From an uncultured Alphaproteobacteria bacterium (GTDB lineage Bacteria > Pseudomonadota > Alphaproteobacteria > CAAHEQ01 > UBA3637), in NCBI GenBank assembly GCA_944391735.1, contig CALXUR010000001.1:14924-78923 (forward strand): 64,000 bases of DNA. The letters run 5' to 3'. This document shows positions 37,427-47,109 of this stretch, in pieces. The translations under genes were made by a program, and so were the position numbers. The notes beneath the pieces are model-generated. The model did not search any database, was not told the DNA's origin, and saw only the letters and a list, made by a program, of their open reading frames with translations. Numbering within the stretch: the stretch's first letter is position 1; each line of letters starts with the position of its first letter.

Positions 37427-38773
37427 TCATCTTGTTGTCCCCGCAATGATGACAGGCCTTTTTTCCGATGTAACCTGAGCCACTTCTTTTTGACCACGCA
37501 CCGCTTCCAAAACCCGACGATCGGATGCCAATTCATCGGTTCTTCTCTTCATGCCACCCTGCATCCGTGCAGTTGCTTCAATCATATCTTTATTTTGCGC
37601 CAACGCATCCATCTGTTGACGTGCCACGGCTTGATTGAATGAAGCCACAAGCGTCGGCTTAACCTTTTCTTCAATCTGATCCCGTATCATATTATCTGTC
37701 ATACATGTAGCGGCTACGCTGACCGATGCCCGGGCGATTGATTTTCCCGCATTTTTCAAACGTCGCCCCCAACCGCCGAAAAAACCTTCATCTTCAGTAG
37801 CTTTCTCATTACCACCGACCATTTTTTGACCAGCAATCTTCGTTAAATCGATCGCTCCATATTTATCCATGGCCATTACGTTTTCCTGAACCATGTCATA
37901 AAACAAATCTGCGTCCTTTTCCGTGGCCAAACGCACTTTTCCGGAAGGTTCTTTAACAGAAATGGTATAGTTTTTAGGAATCATCGCGCTCAACCGATTT
38001 GTCATTTTTTCTTTCAAATCGGAGGTAACGTTCATATCTTCGGCCAGTTTCCCGCTATTAAAATCGGCCGCCATTTTCGCAAGATAATCTTTCTGTTCTT
38101 CAGAAGATTTACCCGCCATTCCGTCTATGGAGGCACCGGCTTTTTGTATCACACCGCTCTGTTCCAAATCCGCATAAGCGGCGGACATTCCCTGAACCAG
38201 ACGGGTAACCTCCTGTTGCGGAACGTTAATGATAAAGGATGGTTTTGAAGAATCCTTGGCCGAATCCGGATATGTCAACACTAAATTCAATCCATTGCTC
38301 ATATCCACCGACGATCCGCTGTTCGCCCAAAAATCCCGCAATCCTTTCGGATTCATGGAATAACCGGCAAAAGAAATATCCTTGTCTCCGGCCAACGGGC
38401 GAAACAGATAATCAACCGCGCTTTTCACGACAAATTGTCGGTGTTCCAACGGTTCCCCCGCCTTTTCCATTTGAGTGTTCAATTGGACAGCATATTTTGA
38501 AATCGCGGGAAAAGCTTTTTTATCCAAATTACCGTCCCGATCGGATGAATAAACGGATAATCCCGTCAGATAATTATTGAAATCCAGTGTTTTTTTCAGG
38601 TCTTCCTGAGATTTTTCCATCGGAAGCGTTTCGGCCTGTTGTGTTATCCGAACATCGTCCGGTGCCTCCGTTTTATCCGTATTCGGAGCCGCCCGCGTCA
38701 CGGAAGCCGCAACAACATTCATTCCAAGCAATCCGGCTTGCGCCACTTTTTGAAATTGTTTTTTTAACGACAT
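37427..38773 (-). CDS. Hypothetical secreted protein (448 aa)
   Basis: The N-terminus is signal-peptide-like ('AQAGLLGMNVVAASVTRA'). No motif recognised. Confidence 0.55.
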   Translation of the reverse strand: MSLKKQFQKVAQAGLLGMNVVAASVTRAAPNTDKTEAPDDVRITQQAETLPMEKSQEDLKKTLDFNNYLTGLSVYSSDRDGNLDKKAFPAISKYAVQLNTQMEKAGEPLEHRQFVVKSAVDYLFRPLAGDKDISFAGYSMNPKGLRDFWANSGSSVDMSNGLNLVLTYPDSAKDSSKPSFIINVPQQEVTRLVQGMSAAYADLEQSGVIQKAGASIDGMAGKSSEEQKDYLAKMAADFNSGKLAEDMNVTSDLKEKMTNRLSAMIPKNYTISVKEPSGKVRLATEKDADLFYDMVQENVMAMDKYGAIDLTKIAGQKMVGGNEKATEDEGFFGGWGRRLKNAGKSIARASVSVAATCMTDNMIRDQIEEKVKPTLVASFNQAVARQQMDALAQNKDMIEATARMQGGMKRRTDELASDRRVLEAVRGQKEVAQVTSEKRPVIIAGTTR

Positions 38774-38919
38774 TTAAGATACCTCCAACTTCCTATTTTC
38801 TTTTAGTTTACCACAAATCGCTTTTTCTGTCAACACATAACGCAAACCGGTCGTTTATAAAAAGCTTGCTTTTCATACCCGTTTCAGATTATACTGTAAT
38901 CAATCAGTGGGAGGTTATC

Positions 38920-39846
38920 ATGACAAAAGCAACAAAATCATTGTCCGAAGAAGCTGTTCCGGTTAACGAGATCAAAGCGCCGACGCCCCGTTCGTTTCGC
39001 CGTTTTTTCAAATCCGTTCTGGTTGTCTTTTTATCCGTTCTGTGTGTCGGTGCGGGTGTCTTAATTTATCAAATACACCACCGATTGGATCAATTCCATC
39101 CGATTTTACCGACATTGCGCCCCGCCCCACTGGCTCCGCTATCCCAGCGGCCTAAACCGGCAAGCCCCTCAATCAATCAGACGGCAACAGCATCAAATCG
39201 TGTTCTTCCGAATGCGGAAAAGCAACCGTCCGAGTCAAAGCAAGGGTTGGCGCGTATCACCTCCGAAGATACAGCGGTCACGGTGATTGAACCGGATCCG
39301 GCCGCCAATATCGAAAAACAACCGGAAACATCTTTACCCGTTTTTACCCTGAGTGATGCATTAACCTTGCGAGATCACCTGAACAGTGCTGTTTCCTGTC
39401 GGGAAGATCTGCAAACACTTTTAAAAAGCAGAATTCCCGGGGACGAGTGGAACTCAATGGTTGAAAAATTAACACCTATCTGTGTTACGGATGAAACCAT
39501 CATGACGGAAATGAATACGTTGTTTCGTCGAAATAAAAAAAGAGCCGTTATCGCCTATTACCATAAAAACAATCCGTGGTGGCTGGCTTATTTAAAAGCG
39601 GTTTCGGTAGCAATCATAGAAATACGGCGCATCAATCCTCAAACGGAAACACCATCGGACATTTTATCCGCGGCACAAAATCAATTAGCGCAACGAGATA
39701 TCGGAGGAACCGCCGATCTCATTCGTAAATTACCTTCGGAAATGCAAACCGCGTTTCAATCTTTTTTGGATAAAGCCGATGATTACAAGGCCGCCCAACA
39801 AGAAGTTGACAGGCTGATTTTATTATTTGAACGGAAAGGAAAATAA
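38920..39846 (+). CDS. Membrane-anchored protein, possible alphaproteobacterial Mic60-like (COG4223-type)
   Basis: GGGAGGT precedes the ATG at 38920. The protein has one N-terminal TM helix and a Pro-rich linker. Its C-terminus ('AAQNQLAQRDIGGTADLIRKLPSEMQTAFQSFLDKADDYKAAQQEVDRL') resembles the mitofilin-like tail. It lies directly upstream of a hemY-like gene. Confidence 0.45.
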   Translation: MTKATKSLSEEAVPVNEIKAPTPRSFRRFFKSVLVVFLSVLCVGAGVLIYQIHHRLDQFHPILPTLRPAPLAPLSQRPKPASPSINQTATASNRVLPNAEKQPSESKQGLARITSEDTAVTVIEPDPAANIEKQPETSLPVFTLSDALTLRDHLNSAVSCREDLQTLLKSRIPGDEWNSMVEKLTPICVTDETIMTEMNTLFRRNKKRAVIAYYHKNNPWWLAYLKAVSVAIIEIRRINPQTETPSDILSAAQNQLAQRDIGGTADLIRKLPSEMQTAFQSFLDKADDYKAAQQEVDRLILLFERKGK

Positions 39847-39848
39847 CC

Positions 39849-41033
39849 ATGATGAAACTTGTTGTCTCGCTGATCGGCATTTTTTTACTGGGTTTTCTGA
39901 TCGTTAACGACACTTGGTCGGTTACAATTATCGGGTTCGGATATGAAGTAACATCATCCGTGTTTTTATTTATAGCCGCAGTGCTCATAATGATTTATCT
40001 CTTATCTCTGATTCGAAAACCTTTCGGTTGGTTCGGCGGATATCAAAATTGGTGCCGGACACGCAAACAAAATCAAAAAGAGGCTTACTTAATCTTGGCT
40101 TTAAAAACGGCTTTGGATCGTAACGAAAAAAACATTGATCTCTTAATGAAACAGCGCAAAGCCGTTTTTCCGCCAAAATCAAATGAATCTTTGATGATTG
40201 AGGCGTTATTTCAACCATCTCCCCATGTATTTGAACAATTGCTTCATCGCGACGGAACGGAAATGACAGGCATCCGCGGATTGTTGGAATACGCCCAGAA
40301 AAACGGAGATTTAACAGAAGTCGGGCGATTGTTGCAAAAAGCGGTGGCAAAGGTTCCCGATGAATCGTGGATACAAGAATCCCTTTGGTCGTTGCAAACC
40401 CTTCAGAGCGATTGGGGCGATGCGCTCAACACCTTGGAAATACTGAAAAAAAGAGATTTAATCGATAAAAAAACTTATTTTGTCCGAAAATCGTGTTTAT
40501 TATTAAAGCTGGGACGTGCTCGGGACGCATTCAATCTAACCCCTGACAATCCGGCAGCGGCGATAGCCTATGCCAAACAAGTCCCCCAGAAAGCCTTGAG
40601 TATCCTGATTGATTCGTGGGCTCAAACACCGTGTTGGGAAACTTATGTTTTGTTCCGTGACAACATTCGGAATGAAAAGCCGGCCAAACAAATGAAGCTG
40701 GTTGAAAAACTGGTTCGCAAGAATAAAGAAAGTCGCTTATCTTTCATTGCATTAGCGCAAACCGCCATGGATGCACACATGTGGGGTGCGGCAAAAGAAC
40801 ATATGACGGCTTATTTCAACGCTTATCCGATCACACCGCAGACCGCCCGAATGATGGCCGAGATTGAACGTGAAGGCTGGCATCATGAGGAAGGAGCTGC
40901 AGAATGGGAGGAAAAAGCAACAACATCTGAAGAACTCGGGGGTTGGGGGTGTTCTGTTTGCAACCATGCCACCGAGTCATGGGAGGCCTGTTGTCCTACC
41001 TGTAACACCTTTGGAAGCATACGGTATAAATAA
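39849..41033 (+). CDS. HemY-like membrane/TPR protein with C-terminal zinc ribbon
   Basis: Two N-terminal TM helices sit in a HemY_N-like arrangement. The body is helical-repeat, and the C-terminus is 'CSVCNHATESWEACCPTCNTFGSI'. Confidence 0.6.
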   Translation: MMKLVVSLIGIFLLGFLIVNDTWSVTIIGFGYEVTSSVFLFIAAVLIMIYLLSLIRKPFGWFGGYQNWCRTRKQNQKEAYLILALKTALDRNEKNIDLLMKQRKAVFPPKSNESLMIEALFQPSPHVFEQLLHRDGTEMTGIRGLLEYAQKNGDLTEVGRLLQKAVAKVPDESWIQESLWSLQTLQSDWGDALNTLEILKKRDLIDKKTYFVRKSCLLLKLGRARDAFNLTPDNPAAAIAYAKQVPQKALSILIDSWAQTPCWETYVLFRDNIRNEKPAKQMKLVEKLVRKNKESRLSFIALAQTAMDAHMWGAAKEHMTAYFNAYPITPQTARMMAEIEREGWHHEEGAAEWEEKATTSEELGGWGCSVCNHATESWEACCPTCNTFGSIRYK

Positions 41034-41097
41034 AATCTATTGACAAAAAGACAAACCTTTCATATACTATCATTGAAACAACAAGGGTTGTATAAAA

Positions 41098-41844
41098 ATG
41101 ATGACAGATGCAGCATATCATCGGTTGGGAAGGACATGCGTCAAACGGCAAAATGATTTAAGGCAAGCCGGAGAAATGGCGGTAGAAGCTTTTTTCAAGA
41201 TGCCCGCCCTTTCTGTCAACATAAAAAACATTTCGCATGTATCCGAACCCGTTTTTATTCCGTTGTTTTGCCAAAACCTACTAACAGAAAGTCGGCACAA
41301 AAATTACTTTATTCGAACGGTTCTCTGGAAAACACCTTTATCAACCATCTTATGGAATCGTTCCGTAACACCGATGTTGTTGACAACGGAAAAATGTCAA
41401 AACATTAACGATATGATTGCCTCTGCCGAAAGGGAGTTGACTCTGTTTAAGGCAAGTCCCTTATATCGTTTAACAATTCGCACTCATCAAGAATGGGATC
41501 GGGAAACCGGGCGGCGATACCAAGTGTTATTTGACAAGGCATTTGATAACCTTGAAAAAACGGTCTGTCCCCACACGCATCCGTTCCCATCATCCGACAT
41601 AAAAAACGAAATAAAAAAACTCCTTTTCAAAATAGCCTGTTATGCCACTATAAAAGATAGCTTCGGATGCACGGTTCAGTTGGAAATGAATCCCGCTCAA
41701 TTAAAGCGTATTCAATCGGGCATTGCCGAAAAAATACCGGATTTAAGCGTTCCTTTTCAAAAGGCCTGTGTTAAAATCCGGAGCCATGAAAGCCCGTTGC
41801 CCATCATTTCAAATTACTATAAAAAAGGCCTGGACAGGTCTTGA
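41098..41844 (+). CDS. Hypothetical protein, tandem paralog A
   Basis: Shares a block with the next ORF (C-x3-DM-x2-A...PL...RYQ-x-L-x-D...NL). Confidence 0.5.
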   Translation: MMTDAAYHRLGRTCVKRQNDLRQAGEMAVEAFFKMPALSVNIKNISHVSEPVFIPLFCQNLLTESRHKNYFIRTVLWKTPLSTILWNRSVTPMLLTTEKCQNINDMIASAERELTLFKASPLYRLTIRTHQEWDRETGRRYQVLFDKAFDNLEKTVCPHTHPFPSSDIKNEIKKLLFKIACYATIKDSFGCTVQLEMNPAQLKRIQSGIAEKIPDLSVPFQKACVKIRSHESPLPIISNYYKKGLDRS

Positions 41845-41864
41845 TTTGCTGAAAGGAAAAAGAT

Positions 41865-42563
41865 ATGAACGATCAAGAATATCAAGATATGCAAACCATT
41901 TATTGGCAAATAAAAGATAAAGAAAAAGATCTTTTAGAGGACGAGATAGGTTGGTTTTTGTCAGAAATCAATGGCAAAACAATAGTTGCGTATGAAGGGC
42001 AAGAAGAGACATCCCTTCGGAATGTTTGCCGAGATATGTTGCGTATGTCCCGCATGGACGCTGTGGAGGTCAGGACAGTCCTTGAAAGAGATGAAGATAT
42101 TTTTTTCTTATCCACTGCCGGATGTGAAACGGAGCGAGACATGGTTCAAGCGGCGAAAAAAAGACGAAACGAATTGCGGCAAAAACCTTTAAGCCGCCAT
42201 TTATTGAAGATTCAAAAACAATTGGACGAAGAACATAGTGCCCGATATCAAAAATTATTAGATGTCACATGGCAAAATTTGGCTCGATCATTACAAAAAC
42301 TGACAAACCAACCCCGCACCCGGGAGGATGTATATACATTCGGAAATCAAATAAAGCGCCTCTCCGTCTTGTCAGAAACGCGCGGATTGAATAATAAAAG
42401 ATTACCGCTGCACTTATCCTCGGAACAGCAAGAATATATGAAAAAACATATTAACAGTACCGCTCAAACGGAACAACAACTGGCCAAGCTGATTGCCTCT
42501 CGAATTAATCAGCATCGTCCCCTTAATATCCGTGTTTTTTTCGCTGACAATACACGGGAATAA
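41865..42563 (+). CDS. Hypothetical protein, tandem paralog B
   Basis: See paralog A. Its block reads 'CETERDMVQAAKKRRNELRQKPLSRHLLKIQKQLDEEHSARYQKLLDVTWQNL'. Confidence 0.5.
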   Translation: MNDQEYQDMQTIYWQIKDKEKDLLEDEIGWFLSEINGKTIVAYEGQEETSLRNVCRDMLRMSRMDAVEVRTVLERDEDIFFLSTAGCETERDMVQAAKKRRNELRQKPLSRHLLKIQKQLDEEHSARYQKLLDVTWQNLARSLQKLTNQPRTREDVYTFGNQIKRLSVLSETRGLNNKRLPLHLSSEQQEYMKKHINSTAQTEQQLAKLIASRINQHRPLNIRVFFADNTRE

Positions 42564-42603
42564 ATAAAGGACCGCCCCGGCGGTCCTTATATTATCATAC
42601 TGT

Positions 42604-44190
42604 TTATTCTTTTATTTTAAGCAGATGAATTTCCGGAAAATCTTCCTCCGCTTTTCCCAAATGCCAAGCGTTCCGAGCCAAGAAAACCGGTGCGCCGTCA
42701 TGATCCGTCGCCATAGTTCCCCGATTAACCGAAACAAACTTTTCAACATCGTGATCATTGCCGCTGACCCAACGTGCCGTATAGTAAGAGGTCGGCTCAA
42801 AAATAACAGGAACATCAAATTCTGTCCGAATACGATCGGCTAAAACTTCAAATTGCAATGCGCCGACAACCCCGACAATCCAATCCGATCCGATAGCCGG
42901 TTTAAAAACGCTTGCCCCGCCCTCTTCCGCAATCTGTTCCAAGGCTTTTCCCAAATGTTTGGCTTTCAAAGGGTCCACCGCTCTTACTTTTTGTAACAAT
43001 TCCGGTGCAAAGGACGGGATTCCCTTAAATGACAGCATTTCCCCTTCCGAAAAAGAATCACCGATACGCATACCGCCATGATTCGGCAAACCGACAATAT
43101 CCCCCGCATAAGCCTCTTCGGCCAACTCTCTATCCTGCGCTAAAAACATAACGGGATTATGCAAAATCATCTGCTTTTGGGATCGTAAATGCATCAATTT
43201 CATACCTCGTTTAAAATGTCCCGAACAAATGCGCATAAAAGCAATACGATCTCGATGTTTCGGATCCATATTCGCCTGAATCTTAAAAACAAATCCCGTT
43301 ACTTTGTCTTCCGACGGCATAATTTTCCGCGAGGCCGCTTCCTGCGGTCTGGGACTGGGGGCCAAAGTAACCAAGGCATCCAGCAACTCCCGCACACCAA
43401 AATTATTCACCGCCGAACCAAAGAAAACCGGCGTCAAATAGCCCTCGCTATAGGCCTCCTTATCCACCGGCTTACACAAAGCACGCACCATTTCGACATC
43501 TTCACGTAACTGTTGCACTTGGTCTGCCGGAATACAGGTATCCAGCTTTGCATCATGAACACCGTTAATAACCTCAAGCGGTGCCGATAAAACGGATTTG
43601 TCAGCATTTCGCTCCATTAAATTCAAACGATCATGCATTAAATCGAAACACCCTTTAAAACTACGTCCCATCCCGATCGGCCAAACCGCCGGTGCCACCT
43701 CCAAAGCCAACGTTTGTTCGATTTCTTCCAACAAGGCAAACGGATCCTTTCCTTCACGATCCAACTTGTTAATAAACGTAATAATGGGAATATCGCGCAA
43801 ACGACACACTTCAAACAATTTTTTAGTCTGTGCTTCAATACCTTTGGCGCAGTCAATCACCATAACGGCCGAATCCACCGCCGTCAAAACGCGATACGTA
43901 TCTTCCGAAAAATCCTCGTGCCCCGGGGTATCCAGTAAATTAAACGTGCATCCGCCGTAATCAAAAGTCATAACGGATGAGGCAACCGAAATCCCGCGTT
44001 CCCGTTCAACTTTCATCCAATCCGAATGAGCCCGGCGCGTATCCCCTCTGGCTTTAACGGCACCGGCCTGGTTAATGGCACCCCCGAACAACAAAAGCTT
44101 TTCGGTTAAAGTGGTCTTACCGGCATCCGGGTGAGAAATAATCGCAAACGTCCGCCGTTTTGAAACAATATCTTGAAGCTGATCTGACAT
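42604..44190 (-). CDS. prfC: Peptide chain release factor 3
   Basis: 'RRTFAIISHPDAGKTTLTEKLLLFGGAI', 'DTPGHEDF' and 'NKLDR'. The start was taken at MSDQ (44190). Confidence 0.95.
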   Translation of the reverse strand: MSDQLQDIVSKRRTFAIISHPDAGKTTLTEKLLLFGGAINQAGAVKARGDTRRAHSDWMKVERERGISVASSVMTFDYGGCTFNLLDTPGHEDFSEDTYRVLTAVDSAVMVIDCAKGIEAQTKKLFEVCRLRDIPIITFINKLDREGKDPFALLEEIEQTLALEVAPAVWPIGMGRSFKGCFDLMHDRLNLMERNADKSVLSAPLEVINGVHDAKLDTCIPADQVQQLREDVEMVRALCKPVDKEAYSEGYLTPVFFGSAVNNFGVRELLDALVTLAPSPRPQEAASRKIMPSEDKVTGFVFKIQANMDPKHRDRIAFMRICSGHFKRGMKLMHLRSQKQMILHNPVMFLAQDRELAEEAYAGDIVGLPNHGGMRIGDSFSEGEMLSFKGIPSFAPELLQKVRAVDPLKAKHLGKALEQIAEEGGASVFKPAIGSDWIVGVVGALQFEVLADRIRTEFDVPVIFEPTSYYTARWVSGNDHDVEKFVSVNRGTMATDHDGAPVFLARNAWHLGKAEEDFPEIHLLKIKE

Positions 44191-44328
44191 TTTCTTTCCT
44201 TTTAAAACAGGCGATATTATACTGAAAAACCGAATGATTGTCAAGGCAGTCCTGCACCCGAAAAACAATCTTGACTTTTATCAAAAATCATGAGATAATA
44301 ATAACTAGGATATTTAAAGGAGGTTATC

Positions 44329-44583
44329 ATGGTCAAATCACTTTTGGAAACACATTCCGCTCCCAAAAAAATTCGGATTGAAAAAAGTAACACGGTCTCC
44401 GGCGGCTTTACAAATGAAGATAAAAAAGTTATTGAAGGCGCGAAAATGCAGGCCAACATAGCCAAAGCCGTCAAAGCATTTGGTTTAACCGCCATCAAAG
44501 AATTAATTGTGCCGGCTCCGATTATCACACTCGGACTCGTCAAAGCGGTTAAAGCCGCCGTTAAGGCATATACGGGGCGTTAA
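44329..44583 (+). CDS. Hypothetical small protein (84 aa)
   Basis: GGAGGT precedes the ATG. The C-terminus is hydrophobic and Ala/Lys-rich. Confidence 0.4.
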   Translation: MVKSLLETHSAPKKIRIEKSNTVSGGFTNEDKKVIEGAKMQANIAKAVKAFGLTAIKELIVPAPIITLGLVKAVKAAVKAYTGR

Positions 44584-44585
44584 GC

Positions 44586-44891
44586 ATGCCGATTTTAGAA
44601 AACCGAAATTATTTTATTCAGCCGACTCAAGAGGGTATTTACATTTTATTAATTAAAGCGCGTGAGGAAGATGCTCGCGCGTCGGCGATTTTATATGACG
44701 GGCGGGACAATGCTTTATTTTTAAGGCGGCCGAAAGAGACAATTCTGTTGGATTACATCAATCCCGTTATTCATCAAAAGTTATTGGAATCCCCCTATGT
44801 GATTGTGCTGGAATTAAATATTGAGAATGAAAACGTTTTGCGCAGTTATCAGGTTCCGATGCAACGTGTGGATGAAGTTTTTGTCGCTTAA
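44586..44891 (+). CDS. Hypothetical small protein (101 aa)
   Basis: Starts 2 nt after the previous stop. No motif recognised. Confidence 0.4.
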   Translation: MPILENRNYFIQPTQEGIYILLIKAREEDARASAILYDGRDNALFLRRPKETILLDYINPVIHQKLLESPYVIVLELNIENENVLRSYQVPMQRVDEVFVA

Positions 44892-45031
44892 TTTGTTCAA
44901 AAATCGAGTTTCATCCCGTGAGTTTTGTTTTTAATTGTTTTCAAATGAATTAAAAACAGGATTTTTTCGATGATTTTGCATAAAACGCTTTCCTTTCGCG
45001 GTAAAATGTGCTATGTGTAAAACGCTTTTAT

Positions 45032-45114
45032 GCGGACGTGGTGGAATGGTAGACACGACGGTCTTAGAAGCCGTTGCCAAAAGCGTGTGGGTTCAAGTCC
45101 CTCCGTCCGCACCA
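45032..45114 (+). tRNA. tRNA-Leu (anticodon UAG), CCA encoded
   Basis: Acceptor gcggacg/cgtccgc, anticodon stem acggt/gccgt with loop cuUAGaa, a long variable arm and a TTCAAGT T-loop. The T-stem has one mismatch. Confidence 0.85.
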
Positions 45115-45139
45115 ATGATTGATGAAAAAAGGATATGAA

Positions 45140-46483
45140 ATGACAAAAAACAAATTAGCTCACTCTTTGACAGTGACGATTCCCGCTAAAGCGTTCGCGG
45201 ATAAAATTGAAGCGAAGTTGAAAGAAATCCAAAAAGAAGCAAAACTACCGGGATTTCGTCCGGGTCAAGCCCCGATGAACCTGATTAAAAACAAATATGA
45301 AAACGCCGTAAAAGGAGAGGCTTTGGATTCTTTGGTTCAGGAAGAAGTTGAAAAAACATTTAAAAAAGAAAATATCAAACCGGCTCTTCGCCCGAAAGTC
45401 GAACTGACAAAATTTGAAGACGGAAAAGATATCGAAGTTAAAATTGACGTAGAAGCCTTACCGGAAGTCAAAGTTGCCGACCTGAAAGGCATCGCCATCG
45501 ATAAAATGAAAGCAGAAGCCGGCGACGTTGAAATAGCCGAAGCCTTGGAAAAGCTGGCTCAGGCTAAAAAATCGACCGAAATCGTCGATGAAAAACGACC
45601 GACGAAAACAGGAGATGTCATCGTCATTGACTTTGTCGGCTCTATCAACGGTGAAGAGTTCCGCGGCGGAACAGGAAAAGATTACTATCTGGCATTAGGA
45701 TCAAACACGTTTATTCCGGGTTTTGAAGAACAGCTGACAGGTCATGCCGTCGGTGAAAAAGTGGATGTAAATGTTTCCTTCCCCAACAATTACCATGCCA
45801 AAGAATTGGCCGGAAAGAAAGCCTTATTCAAGGTTGACATCAAAGAATTACGCAAATTCAAAACACCTGAAATCAATGATGAGTTTGCAAAATTATTCGG
45901 GATGGATTCTTTGGATAAATTAAAAGAAATGATCAAAGCCGAGCTGAACAAAGAATACAACCACGTTGCCCGCACACATGCGAAACGCGCGTTGTTGGAC
46001 GCTTTGGCAACAGCCCATAACTTTGATGTTCCGCAAGGTATGGTTGATTTGGAATTCAATTCCATCTGGGCACAATTTGAGCAGGCCAAAAAAGCCGGAC
46101 AGCTGGATGAAGAAGAAAAATCAAAATCCGAAGATGATTTGAAAAAAGAATACCGTGATATTGCGGAACGTCGCGTTCGTCTGGGGTTACTGCTGGCGGA
46201 AATCGCCAATCAAAACAAGGTCACGCTGACACAGGAAGATCTGACAAATGCGATCATGGCCGAAGCCCGCCGTTATCCGGGACAAGAGAAAATGGTTTTT
46301 GAATACTATCAGAAAAACCCGCAGGCTTTGGATTCTTTGAAAGCACCGCTTTTTGAAGAAAAGGTTGTTGACTTTATTCTTGGCATTGTTAAACTGAATG
46401 AAAAAGCAGTATCCGCGAAAGAGCTGTATGAATTCAATCCGGATGCCCCCAAAACCAAGAAAACAACAAAAAAAGAAAAATAG
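45140..46483 (+). CDS. tig: Trigger factor
   Basis: 'GFRPGQAPMNLIKNKY' and an FKBP-like middle domain 'GDVIVIDFVGSINGEEFRGG', upstream of clpP-clpX. Confidence 0.9.
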   Translation: MTKNKLAHSLTVTIPAKAFADKIEAKLKEIQKEAKLPGFRPGQAPMNLIKNKYENAVKGEALDSLVQEEVEKTFKKENIKPALRPKVELTKFEDGKDIEVKIDVEALPEVKVADLKGIAIDKMKAEAGDVEIAEALEKLAQAKKSTEIVDEKRPTKTGDVIVIDFVGSINGEEFRGGTGKDYYLALGSNTFIPGFEEQLTGHAVGEKVDVNVSFPNNYHAKELAGKKALFKVDIKELRKFKTPEINDEFAKLFGMDSLDKLKEMIKAELNKEYNHVARTHAKRALLDALATAHNFDVPQGMVDLEFNSIWAQFEQAKKAGQLDEEEKSKSEDDLKKEYRDIAERRVRLGLLLAEIANQNKVTLTQEDLTNAIMAEARRYPGQEKMVFEYYQKNPQALDSLKAPLFEEKVVDFILGIVKLNEKAVSAKELYEFNPDAPKTKKTTKKEK

Positions 46484-46492
46484 GAAATAAGC

Positions 46493-47104
46493 ATGAATTG
46501 GACTGACACTTCTATGAATACTTTGGTTCCGACGGTCGTTGAACAAACCGGCCGCGGGGAACGCGCTTTTGATATTTATTCGCGCCTGTTAAAAGAACGG
46601 ATTGTTTTTCTGACAGGTCAGGTAAATGATGAAGTGGCCAGTCTGATTTGTGCGCAACTTTTATTTTTAGAAGCCGAAAATCCTAAAAAAGAAATTTCAT
46701 TTTATATCAACTCTCCTGGCGGTGTTGTTACATCCGGCCTGGCTATTTTGGACACCATGAATTACATCAAGTGTCCGGTATCCACGGTCGTGATGGGACA
46801 AGCCGCCTCGATGGGGAGTCTGCTGTTATGTTGCGGCACAAAAGGACGACGATTCGCCCTGCCGAATGCGCGTGTCATGATTCATCAACCGTCCGGCGGT
46901 TTTCAAGGACAGGCGACAGATATTGAAATCCATGCCAAGGAAATTTTAGCCATCAAAGCGCGCCTGAATCAAATTTATGTTCAGCAGACGGGACAAACCT
47001 TGGATACCATTGAACGAGCCATGGAGCGGGATAATTTTATGACGGCGGAAGAAGCCAAAAAATTCGGGCTGATTGATGATGTTATCGTAACAAAACCGGA
47101 GTAG
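46493..47104 (+). CDS. clpP: ATP-dependent Clp protease proteolytic subunit
   Basis: '[11 protein letters not shown]' (active-site Ser) and 'MIHQPSGG'. Confidence 0.95.
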   Translation: MNWTDTSMNTLVPTVVEQTGRGERAFDIYSRLLKERIVFLTGQVNDEVASLICAQLLFLEAENPKKEISFYINSPGGVVTSGLAILDTMNYIKCPVSTVVMGQAASMGSLLLCCGTKGRRFALPNARVMIHQPSGGFQGQATDIEIHAKEILAIKARLNQIYVQQTGQTLDTIERAMERDNFMTAEEAKKFGLIDDVIVTKPE

Positions 47105-47109
47105 AAACA

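Noticed and set aside
38587-38919. The N-terminal 111 aa of the tracked 419-aa ORF 38587..39846.
   Set aside because: This part overlaps the 5' end of the convincing minus-strand gene (37427..38773) and has Pro/Phe/Ser-rich nonsense-like composition. A GGGAGGT-ATG at 38920 followed by a TM helix is the credible start.
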